A stretch of DNA of 64,000 nt from Somniosus microcephalus (lineage: Eukaryota). Position 1 is the first letter of the stretch, and the number at the start of each line of letters is the position of its first letter. The DNA lies in NCBI GenBank assembly GCA_052327205.1, contig CM126222.1:55676001-55740000 (forward strand), written 5' to 3'. The position numbers and the translations under genes were made by a program. This document shows, one piece after another, positions 61,084-64,000 of the stretch. The notes beneath the pieces were generated by a model that worked only from the letters and a program-made list of their open reading frames with translations, searched no databases and was not told the DNA's origin.

Positions 61084-62382
61084 TCAAAAATCAAATCAAA
61101 TCAACTTTAATTGTCATTGTTAGTGCACAATTGCAGTACAACGAAATGTGGGCTTGCGGCTCCCGAGAGTCTACAATTTGGATTAGGACACTTAAACATT
61201 TCAACATACATTTGTACATATATATTAGCATAAATATGACCATAATAAAGTGCATCGGCAGATGTGCAGGCTTTAGTGTTTATTTGTGGAGTTCAGTAGG
61301 ATGACAGCCCTGGGAAAGAAGCTGTTCCTAAATCTGGTCGTACGGGTGCGAATGCATCTGTAGCGTCTTCCAGATGGTAGGAGGGTGAACAGACTGTGGC
61401 TGGGGTGGGTAGGGTCTTTGATGATGGACCGTGCCCTCCGTAGGCAGCGTTTCTGATATATATGTTCTATGGTCGGTAGCCGGGTGCCGGTAATGCGTTG
61501 GGCAGTTTTGACTACCCGCTGCAGGGCTTTCCGGTCATGGGAGCTACAGCTGCCGCACCATACCGTGATACAGTTTGTCAGGATGCTCTCTATAGTGCAG
61601 CGGTAGAAGTTAGAGAGGATCGGGGGCGACAGATTACATCCCTTCAGCCTCAAGAAATATAGGCGCTGCTGGGCCTTCTTCACCAGAGAGGAGGTGTTGA
61701 GGGACCAGGAGAGGTCTTCCGTGATGTGGACTCCGAGGAACTTAAAGCTGGCCACCCTTTCCACCTCCGCCCCATTGATGTGGATGGGGGTGTGACTTCC
61801 GCCTTTGGACTTCCTGAAGTCCACGATTGTTTCCTTTGTTTTCTTGGTGTTAAGGGCCAGGTTGTTGTCGGCGCACCACTTCACGAGATGCTGGACCTCC
61901 TCCCTGTAGGCTGACTCATCGTTGTTGGTGATCTGGCCTACTACCGTGGTGTCATCTGCAAACTTGATGATGGTGTTGGAACCATTAACAGCCACACAGT
62001 CGTGGGTGAAGAGGGAGTAGAGGAGGGGGCTCAGCACACATCCTTGTGGGGCCCCCGTGTTCAGGGTCGGCGGGGGGAGGTGTGGTTGCCTAATTTGACA
62101 GACTGGGGTCTGTTTGTTAGGAAGTCCAGGGTCCAGTTGCAGAGGGAAGTGTTCAGGCCAAGAGTTTGGAGTTTGGTGGCCAGCTTGTTGGGGACGATAG
62201 TGTTGAATGCTGAGCTGTAGTCTATAAACAACATTCTGATGTAGGTCTCCTTACCATCTAGGTGATTCAGTGCCGAGTGTAGAGCAGTAGTGAGTGCATC
62301 CTCCGTTGATCTGTTTGCCCGATAGGCAAACTGGTGTTGGTCAAGGGAGGCAGGAACACTGGCTTTGATGTGGGCTAAGACC
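61084..62382 (-). mobile_element. Rex1/Babar-type LINE, 5'-truncated
   Basis: [56 protein letters not shown] and LLPSGRRYR motifs; (tgatt)n tail; one deletion/frameshift near 62065. Confidence 0.92.
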
Positions 62383-64000
62383 CTTTAAGAAAACCAAATT
62401 GATAGCCTGGCCACTACCCAAGACATCAGGACCATGCAGAGGAAGATGAGCAAAGATCTCCAGATGACTACAATCTTTTGATAGGGTCACCTGAAAGCCC
62501 CGAGAAAGGCTTGTATCGGATGGCACGTTTGGCATGATATTGAGATACCGGTATGAGTGTGCAAATGTGATTTGTTACGTATCAAGCAATTACTATCCGG
62601 AAATGCATGGTGAATCTGCACTGAAGAACGGGTCTCAGACATGCTCAGTTACTTGACAACAGTACATGAAATGGTTAATGTGGCTCAGGAGAGTGAGACA
62701 ACTTTTAAAGCATTGACACATACTCCATTGAGAAACTATTCTGATTGTTTCATTAATTAGATAGAGTTAAACATACTGGTACTTGTTAGAGGAAATGAAA
62801 TCATAGTTGAAGTGGAGAGTTAGATGGGATTTGGATTGAGACAATTGAGGGCTATGGAGAAATCATGTTTAGCAAGAATTATCCACAAGATGGATATGAG
62901 TAAGAGAAATCTGGAGAATCTTTTAAGTCCATGATTTGTTGATTAGATGTTAAACTGTAATGTTGCGTGAAATGATTGTAAGACTGAATTTAACTGTAAC
63001 TGTAATAATTGTGTTTTGTAGGTAACAGCATGGGAAAAACCAGTACGAATCCAGTATGAGGTGATTTTGGTGGTGCCTCCTGTGCCACTACTACCACAAC
63101 TACCATGCTTTGCAGGTCTAACAGGACCTGTCTCATCAACCAACATGTTTTACTCAATATCAAAACCTATGCTCAAATGAAACTGACAGTAAATGAGATA
63201 CTTAAGTATGAGCTGCACAATTCGGATACTACATTCCCCTGTTGTCTGAGGGTTTCAGTGAGCTCATGATGCAACTGAACTCCTCCCTAAAACATTTTTA
63301 AGTTTTGGAGCAAGACACCTCGAGAATAGATATTGAAATTGACAGCATAGGGGACAACTCACACTGGTGAGATATTGGGCTCAATATATCAGCACACCCT
63401 TAGGTTAATATTATTTCACACGCTCTGGTAGTTCTCCAACTTGTAATGATAGTGTATTTGATATATCTATACCCTATGTAGTAAGACTTTGATACATAAG
63501 CCAATTATGTACTCATGCCTATGACTAACCAGCACTAACAAATTAATTGAGCACACCGAAAGAGAAGATCCGAAGCAATGTAGAGGAGACCCCAGGTGGG
63601 GTCAGATCAGGGCCGCTACTGCCAGATCGTATGATTCAGCAATAGGAGCAATAGGCAGAGGAGAAATGATAGACTGGGACGCACTGGAAGGAAAGGCATA
63701 TCAGCACGGCTGTCATGATGGTTGGGGAGACCCCAGGGTGTCCCTCAGCCACGACAATAGTAAAGGGTCGGCCCCTGAGTGTCATAGTTAGTACCCAACC
63801 TATAATGACAAGGGGGATAAAACCTCCTTTGAGAAGCGCTCCGTTCCCCTCAATTAGAGGACTCCAATTTGCTGCAATGCTTGTCAGAGAATAGGTTGAA
63901 ATAGTCGAGGAATCAATGTTTGAAACATTTCATCCTTGAGGTGGGGACTGTACGAAAGACTGGTATTTAGCGAAATCATATCTGTATAAATTCAAGTGTA

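Larger units (their letters stand above)
58320..64000 (+). mobile_element. Decayed env-bearing endogenous retrovirus-like element, interrupted by a MITE and a Rex1; 3' LTR runs off the window
   Basis: Possible gag-like ORF start at 58445. Stop-interrupted Cys-containing region ~62400-63240, then a heptad, HW*D and hydrophobic TM-like segment at 63242-63480. PPT gaggtgggga (63938-63947) is followed by TG at 63949. No 5' LTR or RT recognised. Confidence 0.5.

Overview
Eukaryotic, repeat-rich vertebrate DNA. HE1-type V-SINEs, SacSINE1-like DeuSINEs and abundant CR1 LINEs point to an elasmobranch (shark or ray). The only host gene I can support is a minus-strand PDGF-A/B-family growth factor gene. 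It has a signal-peptide exon (57673-57732), a PDGF propeptide exon (15837-15957) with the same splice phases as PDGFA/B exons 1-2, a ~41.7 kb intron 1, and a possible alternative first exon (39388-39471). I could not find later exons. The rest is largely nested transposable elements: two near-complete Gypsy LTR retrotransposons, a CR1 with an intact 955-aa ORF2, many CR1, L2, RTE, Rex1, Vingi-like and Penelope-like fragments, a Harbinger-derived element, many TIR MITEs with 3-bp or 8-bp TSDs, a solo LTR, and a decayed env-bearing retrovirus-like element just upstream of the gene. The most unusual signal is the Gypsy element at 42831-47363. It has no tRNA primer-binding site; instead, a 13-nt sequence at that position is perfectly complementary to its own LTR poly(A)-signal region (candidate self-priming or poly(A) occlusion), and its RT motif is YLDN. 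No rRNA, true tRNA genes or CRISPR arrays are seen. Family names come from recalled motif similarity, not database searches, and boundaries of decayed elements are approximate.
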